DNA of 64,000 bases from Bryobacterales bacterium (GCA_965208945.1 OZ242366.1:1762123-1826122); one strand, 5' to 3'. Positions 20,348 through 31,212 are shown, counted from the stretch's first letter. Notes: generated by a model not told the origin, from the letters alone. Numbers and translations: made by a program.

Positions 20348-22045
20348 CTATGATCGCGAGGTCTGCCTCGGCAAGGGATAATCGGTTTCCATGATCTTCT
20401 CAAGTAACTGGATTCGGAGATTATCGCGCAGCGTTCTCCGGGATGAGACATCCCAAAGGTTGTGGAACTCGTTTGGATCCTCCTGCAGATCAAACAGTTC
20501 GCCGTAGCCTTGGCCGGAGTACGCAGTCAGGCGGTATCGCTGGGTAACGAGAGTCCTCATGCGAAAACCGAGATAGTCCTCGTCGCCTTCGATCAGCGCA
20601 GTCGTATCGGTGGATCGGTCGGTTCCGGTGAGAATCGGCGTCAAGCTCCTTCCCGGCCAGGGATGGAAAGCGTTCGGCGATTCGGGCACAGGGGATGTCG
20701 GCCCCACCGGGATCGGGAGGCCGGCGATTTCAAGAATTGTAGGGGCGACGTCGACATAGCTAACCACGCCTTCGTGTTTGTACCCGGCTTCCGAATGTCC
20801 GGGCCAACGGATCAGCAGCGGAACGCGAACCACACCGTCGTAGTGGTACGGACCCTTGCCCCACATCCAATGGTCTCCCAGAGCTTCACCGTGGTCGGCG
20901 GCGAAAACAACTACCGTATCTTGTTCCAATCCTGTCTCGCGCAAGGTTTTGAGAACGCTTCCCACGTTTTGGTCCACTAGGTCGATGAGCGCGTAATAGT
21001 GGGCGGCACACTCGGCGCGGTAAGGATCGGTCGCGTCCATGGATTGCCCTTTGGAGCCGCTGGTAATCAGGTCGGTTTCCGACTGCGCACGGTAGTGAGG
21101 AGGCATGAGATCCAGTTCGCCTTCTCTGCGCAGCGGGGGCGCGACATCGGATTCCTTGTACTTGTACGCCAGTTCTTTCGGGGGGGCAAATGGGGAATGC
21201 GGGTCCGCGATCGAGCAGAAAAGGAAGAAAGGTTGATCCGTAGACGCCGTGCTCATCTTCTTCAGAAAATCCACCGTGCGGTCAGCCACCCATGTGGTGG
21301 GATGAACTTCCTGCGGCAACGCCCACTTGAACGACGTTCGGTTGTAATGTTGAAACGCCGGACTGGGAGGCTCAAGAGCCGTCTTGCTTTGGAAGATCTT
21401 GAATTCAGCCGGATGTTCGCGTTCTAACCAGTGCAAATAATGACCCCACGTTCCGGGCCCGTGACCGTTGGCATAGTCGACGGATTCGAAGCCGTAGTAA
21501 GGGGACGGCAAGTTCTCAATCCGTCCGGCGAGCCAGTGGGCCCGTGCTTCTGGGAAGTCTTCGGGGTTCGTATCCGACGGGTCGCCGCCCGTGGGTGTTC
21601 CAGAGGTGCGGAAATGGAGCTTACCGACACAGTGTGTTCGATAACCGGATCGCCGAAGCGATTCTGTCATCGTGGGGATTTCCTGGCTCAGGGGAATTCC
21701 GTTCATGCGCACGCGATGTCCGCGAGTGGTCAGACCGGTGAAGAATGAGGCTCGCGACGGCATGCAGACCGGATTCGTCACGTAGGCGCGAGACAGATTA
21801 ACGCTGCTCGCGGCCAGTTGATCGATATTCGGGGTTTGCACAACGGGGTGCCCGGCATAGCCGAAGCAGGTGGGGTTGTGCTGGTCGACCATGATGACCA
21901 GGAAGTTCGGCCTTTTCTCACCCTCTGGAGAGGCGTCGGCAGTGTAAGCTGACGCGCTGGGCATGGCAGCCGCACTCGTCATGGCAGTGCCCATCAGAAA
22001 GGATCGCCGGTTGAGCTTAGACACATTCGCTTGGTTGTTTGCCAT
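20348..22045 (-). CDS. Sulfatase (Tat-exported)
   Basis: NRRSFL Tat motif, PNFLVIMVDQ, CMPSRASFFTG, GKLHF, ADHG. Confidence 0.93.
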   Translation of the reverse strand: MANNQANVSKLNRRSFLMGTAMTSAAAMPSASAYTADASPEGEKRPNFLVIMVDQHNPTCFGYAGHPVVQTPNIDQLAASSVNLSRAYVTNPVCMPSRASFFTGLTTRGHRVRMNGIPLSQEIPTMTESLRRSGYRTHCVGKLHFRTSGTPTGGDPSDTNPEDFPEARAHWLAGRIENLPSPYYGFESVDYANGHGPGTWGHYLHWLEREHPAEFKIFQSKTALEPPSPAFQHYNRTSFKWALPQEVHPTTWVADRTVDFLKKMSTASTDQPFFLFCSIADPHSPFAPPKELAYKYKESDVAPPLRREGELDLMPPHYRAQSETDLITSGSKGQSMDATDPYRAECAAHYYALIDLVDQNVGSVLKTLRETGLEQDTVVVFAADHGEALGDHWMWGKGPYHYDGVVRVPLLIRWPGHSEAGYKHEGVVSYVDVAPTILEIAGLPIPVGPTSPVPESPNAFHPWPGRSLTPILTGTDRSTDTTALIEGDEDYLGFRMRTLVTQRYRLTAYSGQGYGELFDLQEDPNEFHNLWDVSSRRTLRDNLRIQLLEKIMETDYPLPRQTSRS

Positions 22046-22169
22046 GGTCCGCTTGCTCCCATCGTCAGCAGGTTAAGGCCGTGAAGTCAGAGGCTAAAAA
22101 GTCGTCGGTAGCTTACATCCAGAGATGGAGTTTACGGGCGAAGGACTCTCTGATGACCTGGAAGTCTTG

Positions 22170-22292
22170 CTTTTCCTATGACCAACAGGATGTTGGGTTG
22201 GCCTCTGCGGACTGCATCACCGCCGCCACTCCCGCCGTATCCAAGGCTACGGTACTTGCTAAACCCGTCAACAACACCCGCCACGCCGACAT
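22170..22292 (-). pseudogene. Possible frameshifted sulfatase N-terminal remnant
   Basis: Signal-like MSAWRVLLTGLASTVAL... followed in another frame by QPNILLVI. Confidence 0.35.
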
Positions 22293-22336
22293 GGTGTTGG
22301 TTCTTTGAGGGTCCAACGGAAAAACCGAGACCCAAC

Positions 22337-24637
22337 TCAGGCCTCCCTGTCGACTTGGTCCCGGCCGTCGGTCAGCCAGTCAAGAGTGATCCGCGTGAAG
22401 ACGATTCTTTCGTAATCGTCCTTTTCATACAGCAGACCAATACTCCCGTCGGGCAAGACGGCCAGACAGGAATAGGCCGATCTACCGTAGTGGATGCACT
22501 TTGCTTCCGGCCAGCTCTCGCCCATGTCATAACTGAGTCGCACGACCATTCGCTGTCGCCGATTCTGATTCGGATCACGAGGTATCGAAGCCGGGTTCGA
22601 AAACAACAGCCGATTGCGGCCGTCGGAACTGTTCCCGCTGTAACGTAACAGGCTGGCTTGGCAGACCGGATCAACGAGCCGAGAGTCATCTTCGGGAAAC
22701 GACCAGGTTCTGCCTCCGTCTTTGCTGAGCGCGACGGATCGCGTCAGCGTACGTCGGCTGCTGCGCATGTTGATCATCAGCGAACTGTCATCTCGTTCGA
22801 TCACTTGCCCCTCGTTCATCCCCTCTCCAACATCGCCGCCGATTTGCCAGCTCTCACCATGGTCGTCGCTCCAGACGACGTAAGGAGTTTGCTCACCGGG
22901 CTGACCGTGATACATCGGCAGAATGAGTCGTCCTTCGCTTGTCTGGATGCCGACTCCCGGCCCTGCGGCGACTTCCGCCCACTCAGGCCTTTTCATTTGG
23001 GCTGTGAGGTCGATCGGCTCGGACCAAGTCTCTCCGTCATCGTCGCTGCTGATGGCGCGGACCATAACGGTTCGCCCTGTCAGACCCGGCGCTGCGTTCT
23101 GTGAACCGATTCCTTCGGGGCAGTGCAGGTAGAAGAGCCAAATCCGTCCCGTTTCGCGGTCCACCAGACCGCATGCATTCGCGGCAGAACCAGCGCCGTT
23201 CTCAACGAGCCGTTGCATGGGCAGCCAAGACTGACCTTGGTCGAAGCTGCGCTTCAACACCAGATCAATCTTGTTCGGTGCGTCACCCGGCTTGTTGACC
23301 CGTGCATCGCAAAACGCCAGCAATGTCTGTTTGGAAGAAGTCAGCAAGACCGGGATGCGGTATTGCGCCACACCATCCTCGCCGCTCACGAAAACGGAGA
23401 CATCTTTTGGACGCGTAGACTGCGCCTCATCAATCTGCTGTTGGAATGGCACTGCAAAATGTCGAGGGAGTATTGCGGTTGCAGCAAGCTCGTCGATTTC
23501 ATCGAGAGTGAAGCGGGTGCTGATAATTGAATTGACCTCACCCGGTTTGTGCGCGACATAATTCGATGAAACGAAAGTGCCATCCGGCAGTACTTCCAGT
23601 CCGGCGTAGCCGGTGTCGCCGGATCTCCCATAGTGGCGTTGCAGAAGGAGCCTGTATTGACCCTCTCTGCCCTCGATAATGTCTTCGTAACGTCCAACCC
23701 AACCAACGAAGTGCTTGGCCGTGGGTGAGGTAGGGTTACGATTGTCACGGACCGTGATGACCAATCGGCTGTCAGGGCCATAGCGGGCCACATGACGGTC
23801 ACCATGCAGTGCGGCGGGAAGCTGCCGCATCTGCGACCAAGTCTCGCCTTCGTCGTCGGACACCATCCAGAGCCCCCCGTACTTCGAAGCGTTTTCTCGG
23901 ATCAAACATAGAATCTGCGTCCCATCAGGCGATCGCACTAATGCCGGCTCACAGGGCATTGCGCCTGGGAATCTCGAGTGTGCGCCTACGTTCTTTGGTT
24001 CGAACCATGTCAGACCACCGTCCCGGCTGATGGTCTGTGTCAATACAAGCCCAAAGCCGTCATCAGTGTCGTAGCGGCTGTTATACAGCATCAAATGCCG
24101 GTTGCCTTTGATAGGGATGATCGATTTCGGGGGAGCTGTGCCGAGTCGATCACCAAACATCGGTTCAAGCGGTGTCCATGTTCTCCCATCATCCTCGGAT
24201 ATCGATTGCATCATCACCGGATAAGACACGGTGAGAATAAGTCGCGCCTTGCTGTCTGAGTCGACCAGACGGTGGACGGCCGGTGCATTGTGCGAGTGCG
24301 ACATGAAGTTATCAGGAGTCGGGAGGCGTTCGCTCCACGTCAACCCTGCATCGCCGCTTCGTTTGAGAATCGTGCCCGGGCCGCCATGATCGAGTGGATA
24401 CGCAGCGATCATCGTTCGGCCGTCGGGAAACAGGACCGTATCGACTTGCCCGAGGTACTGCCCCGGTGTTTTCTCGATGATGACTTGGCGGCCTTCGTCT
24501 TGGGAGATGTCGATGATCGGAATAGTGAAGGCCTGCAGTGCCGGGTTTCGGGTGGTCCCGCAACCAAGTGACAAGCCGGTTGAGCCGGCCAGCCCCACGG
24601 AGCAAAACAGGAAAGCCCTTCGATTGACTTGCGCCAT
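22337..24637 (-). CDS. Tandem two-domain sialidase/BNR (Asp-box) protein, Tat-exported
   Basis: NRRAFL signal; many SxDxGxTW Asp boxes in two blocks; YRIP motif at the start of the second domain. Confidence 0.88.
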   Translation of the reverse strand: MAQVNRRAFLFCSVGLAGSTGLSLGCGTTRNPALQAFTIPIIDISQDEGRQVIIEKTPGQYLGQVDTVLFPDGRTMIAAYPLDHGGPGTILKRSGDAGLTWSERLPTPDNFMSHSHNAPAVHRLVDSDSKARLILTVSYPVMMQSISEDDGRTWTPLEPMFGDRLGTAPPKSIIPIKGNRHLMLYNSRYDTDDGFGLVLTQTISRDGGLTWFEPKNVGAHSRFPGAMPCEPALVRSPDGTQILCLIRENASKYGGLWMVSDDEGETWSQMRQLPAALHGDRHVARYGPDSRLVITVRDNRNPTSPTAKHFVGWVGRYEDIIEGREGQYRLLLQRHYGRSGDTGYAGLEVLPDGTFVSSNYVAHKPGEVNSIISTRFTLDEIDELAATAILPRHFAVPFQQQIDEAQSTRPKDVSVFVSGEDGVAQYRIPVLLTSSKQTLLAFCDARVNKPGDAPNKIDLVLKRSFDQGQSWLPMQRLVENGAGSAANACGLVDRETGRIWLFYLHCPEGIGSQNAAPGLTGRTVMVRAISSDDDGETWSEPIDLTAQMKRPEWAEVAAGPGVGIQTSEGRLILPMYHGQPGEQTPYVVWSDDHGESWQIGGDVGEGMNEGQVIERDDSSLMINMRSSRRTLTRSVALSKDGGRTWSFPEDDSRLVDPVCQASLLRYSGNSSDGRNRLLFSNPASIPRDPNQNRRQRMVVRLSYDMGESWPEAKCIHYGRSAYSCLAVLPDGSIGLLYEKDDYERIVFTRITLDWLTDGRDQVDREA

Positions 24638-24877
24638 GCCTTGAGCGAAACGCAAAAAGCCCGCAGAGCGCACCCGGAGCAACAGGCGCCTCCTCAACTA
24701 CGCTTGTGTTTCGACTCGATCCTTTCCATCCGAAAGCCAGTTTAAACTAGAGCGGGCAAAGACGATCCACGAGTATCCATTTTTTCGTACAGCAGGCCGA
24801 CGCTCTTGTCCGGCAGCACGGAATGGCAAGAATAAGCTGATGTCTGGTAGTACAGGCACTTGGCTGCGGACGTGAGG

Positions 24878-27064
24878 CTACCGAGACTCGCGCAACTGCT
24901 CCCTCAGGATGCGTGCCCGCTCGAACAGCGGTTCAGACTGCAGTGCTATATCAAGATGCTCCGCGGCCGCATCGGAATCTCCCCTTGACGCAAGCACCAC
25001 CGCCAGGTTGTAACGCGCGCCGGCGTGGTCCGTTTTGCTTCGAATGGCATCTCGCCATTGACTCATAGCCGCATCAGTGTCTCCGCGGCTCGCTAGGATG
25101 ACTCCGAGGTTGAACCGCGCTTCCGCCAAGTCAGGTTGGAGGCGGATCGCGTTGCGGATAGCAGACTCGGCCTCGTCCATGCGCCCAAGTTCAGCCAGCG
25201 CTCCTCCCAGATTGTTATGAAGCTCAGGGAGGTCGGGATCGAGCTTTATGGCCTCCCTGGCTAATTCGGCAGATTCCTCGAACATCGACTGCCGGGCAAA
25301 GTCGAGCCCCCTCTCCTTGGGATTCCTCGGATCGTCCGGTTCCAACTCCATGGCCTGCTTCAGCATCCGCTGAGCTTCGCTATGGTTGCCTGTCCGTGAC
25401 AGAACGGAGCCCAGACGCGTCCGTGCAAGCCCGAATCCCGGGTCTCGAACCAGTGCTTGCTCGAACCAATGCACCGATTCGTCGAGGCGGCCCGACTCCT
25501 CAAGAGCCACTGCCAGATTGAAGTAGAATCCTGCCTCAGCGGGTTTCTGGTGTTCAAGCGCTGACCTGAGGCGGGCGATGCCTTGGTCTCGATTCGAACC
25601 CTGAGCGATTTGTGCGAGGGCTATGTACAGATCGTCAGTAGAGTCCAACGGCGATTCGGGGTAGTACAGCATCACCTCGCCTCGGTACGCGGTCTCCGCG
25701 AGAGTGCTCTTTTCGCGTTTCGGTTCCAATAGACCGTCGGGTGGCACGGCCTGAATCAGGTGGTCGGTCATGACGGCGTGAACTACGTCGTCCGTCCGCC
25801 GTTTTGGCATGTGACAGCCGGCGCAGCCGGAGGCGGCTGGGTGTATGCCCACAGATGCAAGTTTCGAAAGCCGAGCTTGGTGACAGGTCAGGCAAGCGGC
25901 ATCGAATTGACGGGAAGATCTCTCGTCACCAGGTTTCCGGTGAGGGTCGTGACAAGTGGTGCACGTCATCGCCTCACCGCTCGAAATGAAGCACTTTGAC
26001 TCCCGGAGGCGGTAGGCGGAATGATTGATTTCGAACTTGTCGTCCCACCCACTGTTCGAATCATGGTCGAAGTGCAACGCGTAGTCGGCCAGGGGTTGGC
26101 CCGGCTGGAAGGAGAAGTATCCCCGCCCGTACTTGCGGACGATGTTGGGGAGAGGGCGGCTCGTGGTTTCCAGATGACATTGAAGGCATACCTCCATCTG
26201 GCGTCTGGCCGGTAGTTTTCCCGGATTGACGATCGACAATTCACCTGCCTCAAGCGCGTCCGCACCGGCGGTAACAGCGTCCACGTGGGCCGATCCCGGT
26301 CCGTGACACCTTTGGCAGTCGATACCCTCGGGAATCTCACCTTGGTAGACAGGGCGTTTGCCAAGTTGGTCCGCCCCGGGCTCGATCGCCGGGTAGCCGT
26401 TGTGGCAGAACATGCAGTCGAACGAGATGACGCGCTGGAACCCGTCGTGGTTCGGCCTGTCGTATCCCGGGCTCATGCCCCAGTGGCCGCCGTCCTCCGA
26501 GTACCAGCCGAGAGGCAGTTGAGTCAGCTTTCCCAACGACGAAAGATTGAGGTAGCTGCGGGCGTGATTCCCGGAACCCATCACGAAGTGGATCTCCTTT
26601 TCAAGAACGTTCGTTTCGCGTCCCTGAGGCCCCTTCTGATAGCGGCGCTGGAAGTACCGGCCGTTTCGCTGCGTCATCACGTAGTAGCGATCCGATGCCA
26701 GGTGGTAGAAGGGCTCTTCGGCTGTGTAGTCTTCGATGGTATTGGCCGGATCAGGGTGGTAGAAAGACCGAGCCATTCCGGTCTCGCGGTAGGTCTGCCA
26801 GATTTCCTCATGACAGCCCGCGCAGACCGCAGGTTCAACGTAACGGGCTGCGGCATCTGAATCCGATGAACTTGGATTTTTCGGAGCCCGAGTCGAATCG
26901 GCAACCCTGATCCAGACCCATAGCACCGTCACGAACAGAGCCACCATGGCGAGTGAGGCCAGCACGGCTGAGGGCGCCATGTGATGCTTCTCGTGAGGGC
27001 TTGCTTTGAGATTTCGTGCTGGACGCTGCTCTTGTCTTCGTTCCCGTTTTTTCGCGCGTCCCAC
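24878..27064 (-). CDS. Multiheme cytochrome c with C-terminal TPR repeats
   Basis: Seven CxxCH motifs, an N-terminal TM anchor and TPR-type NLG/NLA helices. Confidence 0.88.
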   Translation of the reverse strand: MGRAKKRERRQEQRPARNLKASPHEKHHMAPSAVLASLAMVALFVTVLWVWIRVADSTRAPKNPSSSDSDAAARYVEPAVCAGCHEEIWQTYRETGMARSFYHPDPANTIEDYTAEEPFYHLASDRYYVMTQRNGRYFQRRYQKGPQGRETNVLEKEIHFVMGSGNHARSYLNLSSLGKLTQLPLGWYSEDGGHWGMSPGYDRPNHDGFQRVISFDCMFCHNGYPAIEPGADQLGKRPVYQGEIPEGIDCQRCHGPGSAHVDAVTAGADALEAGELSIVNPGKLPARRQMEVCLQCHLETTSRPLPNIVRKYGRGYFSFQPGQPLADYALHFDHDSNSGWDDKFEINHSAYRLRESKCFISSGEAMTCTTCHDPHRKPGDERSSRQFDAACLTCHQARLSKLASVGIHPAASGCAGCHMPKRRTDDVVHAVMTDHLIQAVPPDGLLEPKREKSTLAETAYRGEVMLYYPESPLDSTDDLYIALAQIAQGSNRDQGIARLRSALEHQKPAEAGFYFNLAVALEESGRLDESVHWFEQALVRDPGFGLARTRLGSVLSRTGNHSEAQRMLKQAMELEPDDPRNPKERGLDFARQSMFEESAELAREAIKLDPDLPELHNNLGGALAELGRMDEAESAIRNAIRLQPDLAEARFNLGVILASRGDTDAAMSQWRDAIRSKTDHAGARYNLAVVLASRGDSDAAAEHLDIALQSEPLFERARILREQLRESR

Positions 27065-27585
27065 AGCGGTCTTGAGTATGCCCCGACCCGATGGAATTTA
27101 CCTAACTCCTCGCCGGCTTGCAAGCAGCCTCTCGCAGTCCCTGTCCGGATCGGGGCACAAGTGGGGGCCCGGTCTCCTCCTCTTGGCTTTCTGGTGAGTG
27201 GCCCTGGCTTGGCGCCCACTCTTGCGAAAGCCCGGACTCGACGAGCAGTGGGGAGTTGCACGACAACTCCATCGCGGGTCCGAACGCGACTTCCATCGAT
27301 CCATCAGCCTCGGACCTAGCTGGGACCACTTTCACATCTGTGTCGACTGAAGTACTTCGGCAAAACGTTCGGTTTTCATGGAGGAGGGGGTCGCAGGGGA
27401 CGAGGCTTCGGGAGGCCCCTTGGCTTTTGAATTCCTTTCGAAATCGTTCGCAGGGCTTGGTTTGCCTAGTGAGCGTTCTCAGTTGCCACTGGCCTCCAAT
27501 AGCCACTGAGTGCAAGGTTGCCTGTAGAGTTCTTCCTGTGGTCTCGGGGATTGCACCCCTGCTGCGGCGACAGCCGCAGTTCCTT

Positions 27586-29028
27586 TCAGCGCTTCAGCCT
27601 GGGGAGCAGGCCGACGGCGGCCGCCACGAGCAGCAAGGTCGAGACGCTGGCCGCCAGCGCCGGCAACGCCGTTTGTATCGTCGTGGGGAGCGCTGGGAGG
27701 GGCGGTTCCGAACCCCAGTAGAAGTTGAGGATCAAGATGAAGGCCAGGATCATCAGCACCCCCGCGCGAATGATACGACTGATGGGCGCGTTCCAAGCTC
27801 GCGTGCCCAAACGAACCTGCCGCCTTACTCGCAGCCCGTACCAGATATTCACTCCGAAGATTGCGGCGGCGCACATGAGAAAGATCCGGGCCCAGGTGTC
27901 TGGAATCTCCATCCAGCTCGTCCGATGCGGTTCAGGAAGCGGTGTTCCATCCCGGCTCCGAACGATCGCCCGTGCAATTTCACCGGCACGACTGGTTCCC
28001 ATGTTCACGAGGACCGCTGCGCCGATGCCCCGCTCCGGAGCCAGCACGACTGCGGTGTCGGCGCCCCATAGGCTCCCGGTATGCTCGAGAACGACTTGGT
28101 TGTCCATCCACTCGGTCTCGTTGCTCACATTCCAGCCCAGATCGTAGTCCGAGCCTAGCTGGTCCCACCAGGCAGCGCGGGAGTCCGGGTCACCGGCCTG
28201 AGTGGACATGAAGTCCAGCCTGGCGGTCATGTGGCCCAGCATGGACACCATGTACACGCCCATATCCTCTGCACTCGCCTTGATACGGGAACTGCCGTAC
28301 CAGCCCAGAAAGCGCGAGGGGCTGACTCGGACTCGTCCCCACTGCCACTCGTGAGGGGATGCGCCTTCCCATGAACGCGCCACTTCTTCTTGCAACGTAG
28401 TCCGATGCATGCCGAGAGGCTGGAACACCGACTCCCGCATGTAGCTGATGAACGCGGCGCCCGCCATACGCTGGATGACGGCAGCCAGCAACACGTAGTT
28501 GCTATTGGCGTAAGAGAACGTCGAGCCCGGAGTGCTCTCGAGATCCGCATGGGCCAGCATCCGAACCGCGGAGTCCAAATCGAGGTTTCCGGTCTGCCCG
28601 CAGCAAGGCGCGAGGAAGTCGTGTCGGCGGCGCAAGCCGCTGCGATGCCGGATCAGATGGCTGAGAGTGACACCTTGCCAGCCGCCATCGAGTTCGGGAA
28701 GGTATTCGCTCACGACCGAGTCACGGTCGACAGCTCCGTCTTGCTCGAGTTGCAGGATCGCGAGAGCGGTGAACCCCTTGCTGACTGAAGCCAGCTCCAT
28801 CGGGGTCTCGACTCGAAGCGGTTGCCTCGACTCGGAGTTCCGCACGCCGTAAGCCCGCAGGTAGGAGACCTTGCCTTCCTCGACCAGGGCAAGAGAAAGA
28901 CCGGGCATGTCGTTCAGCTCCATCTCGTGCTCGACGTAGCGATCGATTTCCACATCGGCTGTGGCATTCGCTGCTGCGGAGCCAGCGAGCAATAAGGCGA
29001 CAAGGAACAGGTGGCGCACACACAGCAT
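27586..29028 (-). CDS. Serine hydrolase (class C beta-lactamase/PBP fold) with C-terminal membrane segment
   Basis: SVSK (SxxK), YAN and HTG motifs; signal peptide; three C-terminal TM helices. Confidence 0.88.
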   Translation of the reverse strand: MLCVRHLFLVALLLAGSAAANATADVEIDRYVEHEMELNDMPGLSLALVEEGKVSYLRAYGVRNSESRQPLRVETPMELASVSKGFTALAILQLEQDGAVDRDSVVSEYLPELDGGWQGVTLSHLIRHRSGLRRRHDFLAPCCGQTGNLDLDSAVRMLAHADLESTPGSTFSYANSNYVLLAAVIQRMAGAAFISYMRESVFQPLGMHRTTLQEEVARSWEGASPHEWQWGRVRVSPSRFLGWYGSSRIKASAEDMGVYMVSMLGHMTARLDFMSTQAGDPDSRAAWWDQLGSDYDLGWNVSNETEWMDNQVVLEHTGSLWGADTAVVLAPERGIGAAVLVNMGTSRAGEIARAIVRSRDGTPLPEPHRTSWMEIPDTWARIFLMCAAAIFGVNIWYGLRVRRQVRLGTRAWNAPISRIIRAGVLMILAFILILNFYWGSEPPLPALPTTIQTALPALAASVSTLLLVAAAVGLLPRLKR

Positions 29029-29369
29029 TCTACGGTTGCCGAAGAAGTTGGCAAGTCCTGTGCGGATTTCAGCAGCGGTGATGATCTTTCATCCAGGATT
29101 CGATGGTGATCCCCTGAACCCGCGGATGCCGTGGAAGCGGCCTGGGTGCCGGATTCCCTTCCAGAAATGCGACTTGCAAGCCTCGATGCCCTGCCAGCGC
29201 CGCTTTCGGGCAGCGTTTTTCTACAGGCCTTTTCCTATTGGCGAGAGGCTATGGAGAAACCGGTTGCATGAGCGTCCAGGACATTCGAGACGAGGTCCGT
29301 TGTGTAAAAATCACATCTGACGACCCTGCGTGAAGAGCTGGGAGCACGCTTCGGCGGGTGGTGGGGTGA

Positions 29370-30128
29370 ATGCATACATCGATTCTTGAAGACAGAACGG
29401 CTCTGATCACTGGCGGGTCACGAGGGATCGGGCTGGCCATCGCTCGGCGAGTGCTTGACTTTGGCGGCAAGGTTTGTCTGACAAGTCGCAAGCAAGCCGG
29501 TCTCGACGAGGCTCTCAATGCTCTCGAGGCTGGTCCACGGGCCATCGCCGTCGCCGGTTCGTCGGCGGACGCGGAGCACCGCCGACGGGCCGTGGCAAGA
29601 ACGATCGAAGCATTCGGAACGCTGGACCTGCTCGTCAACAACGCCGCTACGAACCCGCAGTACGGGCCGTTGGTCGAGGCGGAGACGGACGCCGTTCGGA
29701 AGATCCTCGAGGTCAATGTCATGGGCCCGCTGGGCTGGATTCAAGAAGCTTGGCAACAGCGGATGTCCGATTCAGGCGGAGCGATTCTCAATGTCGCTTC
29801 CGTCAACGGCCTGCGTACGGTCGAGAAAGTCGGCGCGTACAACGTCAGCAAGGCCGCTGTGCTCCAACTCACACGGCAAATGGCTCTGGAGTTGGCGCCG
29901 AAGGTACGGGTCAATGCGCTCGCGCCCGGCTTGGTGAAGACCAAATTTGCCCGCGTGCTCTGGGAGGGCCGTGAGGAGGAGGCTGCTGCGGCGTATCCTC
30001 TCGGCCGGCTTGGCAAGCCGGAGGATGTCGCAGGTATTGCCTGTTTTCTGCTGAGCGACGACGCTTCCTGGATCACGGGCGCAACGGTGGTTGTTGATGG
30101 CGGCGTACTGCTTGTTCAGCCCGAGTAG
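29370..30128 (+). CDS. SDR family oxidoreductase
   Basis: TGGSRGIG, NNAA, YNVSK. Confidence 0.93.
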   Translation: MHTSILEDRTALITGGSRGIGLAIARRVLDFGGKVCLTSRKQAGLDEALNALEAGPRAIAVAGSSADAEHRRRAVARTIEAFGTLDLLVNNAATNPQYGPLVEAETDAVRKILEVNVMGPLGWIQEAWQQRMSDSGGAILNVASVNGLRTVEKVGAYNVSKAAVLQLTRQMALELAPKVRVNALAPGLVKTKFARVLWEGREEEAAAAYPLGRLGKPEDVAGIACFLLSDDASWITGATVVVDGGVLLVQPE

Positions 30129-30217
30129 CAGCAGTTTCCGGAGTCCTGCTTGTTATCCTGTTAGCTACGCGCTCGGCGACCACTGAGAAGCGTGCAGCCG
30201 CTGGAGGGGTTCCCCGC

Positions 30218-30652
30218 TTGGACGACTACATCATCATTCCGATCGGTGTCATTCTGTTGCTCGGATTCGTATTCTGGCTCAACACGCGTCTCCGCCAGTC
30301 GAAGTGGGTCCGGCGGGCTGAGATGCAGAAGCAGTTCATCGATCAATTCTCTTCCGCCGCGGAACTCAACGAGTTTCTGAGCACTGAACACGGTCGCAGC
30401 GTCTTTGAAGACAGCCTCACGGAACGCAAGGATCAGCGTCTGAAGGTTCTCGGGGTCATGCGGACCGGCATTGTGCTTGTCTGCCTCGGAGTCGGGTTCG
30501 TCCTTCTGTTGGACGACGACCCCAGCACGATTTTTCCAGCAACGATCTGTTTGTCGCTGGGTATCGGGTTTCTGTTGGCGGCGCTGATCTCCTACCGGGC
30601 CGCCAAGAGTTTGAGAGTCGTCGAGGATAAACGGCCCGCTTCTGAGGCTTAG
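30218..30652 (+). CDS. Hypothetical membrane protein (DUF6249-like)
   Basis: GGAGG RBS with TTG start; three TM helices. Confidence 0.65.
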   Translation: MDDYIIIPIGVILLLGFVFWLNTRLRQSKWVRRAEMQKQFIDQFSSAAELNEFLSTEHGRSVFEDSLTERKDQRLKVLGVMRTGIVLVCLGVGFVLLLDDDPSTIFPATICLSLGIGFLLAALISYRAAKSLRVVEDKRPASEA

Positions 30653-30665
30653 CTGGAGCGGAGCC

Positions 30666-30902
30666 ATGGCGAAGCCACCAACACCTGACGATCCCGGCGC
30701 GGGCCGTCGCCCGTTTTGGGACGTCGAGCTGTTGATGCACCTTGTTGTCATCATGGTGGCCGCAGTGGGACTTGCGTGGCCTTACTTCGACGACTCGCCG
30801 CGACAACTCATGCTGCGCTTGCCTGCGTCCCCCGCTCTGATCGTTACGATCGCAGGCTGCTACGCGGCTCTCTACGTCCACCGATCGCCGGAGCGTCCTT
30901 AG
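30666..30902 (+). CDS. Small hypothetical membrane protein
   Basis: GGAG RBS and two hydrophobic helices. Confidence 0.55.
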   Translation: MAKPPTPDDPGAGRRPFWDVELLMHLVVIMVAAVGLAWPYFDDSPRQLMLRLPASPALIVTIAGCYAALYVHRSPERP

Positions 30903-31212
30903 CACGCAGGACGGATGCTGAGCACGATTCTCGATTCAATGGCCTCTTGCCCAACAGTGATGCCGTGGGGCAGATTACGAAGTAAGTCTTCGAAAACGAG
31001 GTCAAGGAGCGGAGCGTGAAAGTGGATCGCTTCGGGTTTGAATTGATTCGCTCTCGAAATCAACTCCCTTTAACAGGGTCCGAGTAGCCGCACAAGGACG
31101 ACAGCAGCAGGAGAGCCGTCTGCATCGCGGCCTGCTCGTCTGGTGCCTTTCGGCCATTCTGGTGGTTCTGCACCGCATACGGAGTAGGAGGCCCTCATTG
31201 TAAGGTGTGTAA

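Noticed and set aside
24557-24566. CCCGCAACCA matching the tRNA-fMet 3' end (possible attR of an island)
   Set aside because: Only 10 bp, inside the sialidase coding sequence, and no integrase is present. Probably chance.
27065-27585. Unannotated 500 bp gap with several short ORFs
   Set aside because: No recognisable protein motif, repeat or RNA structure that I can support.
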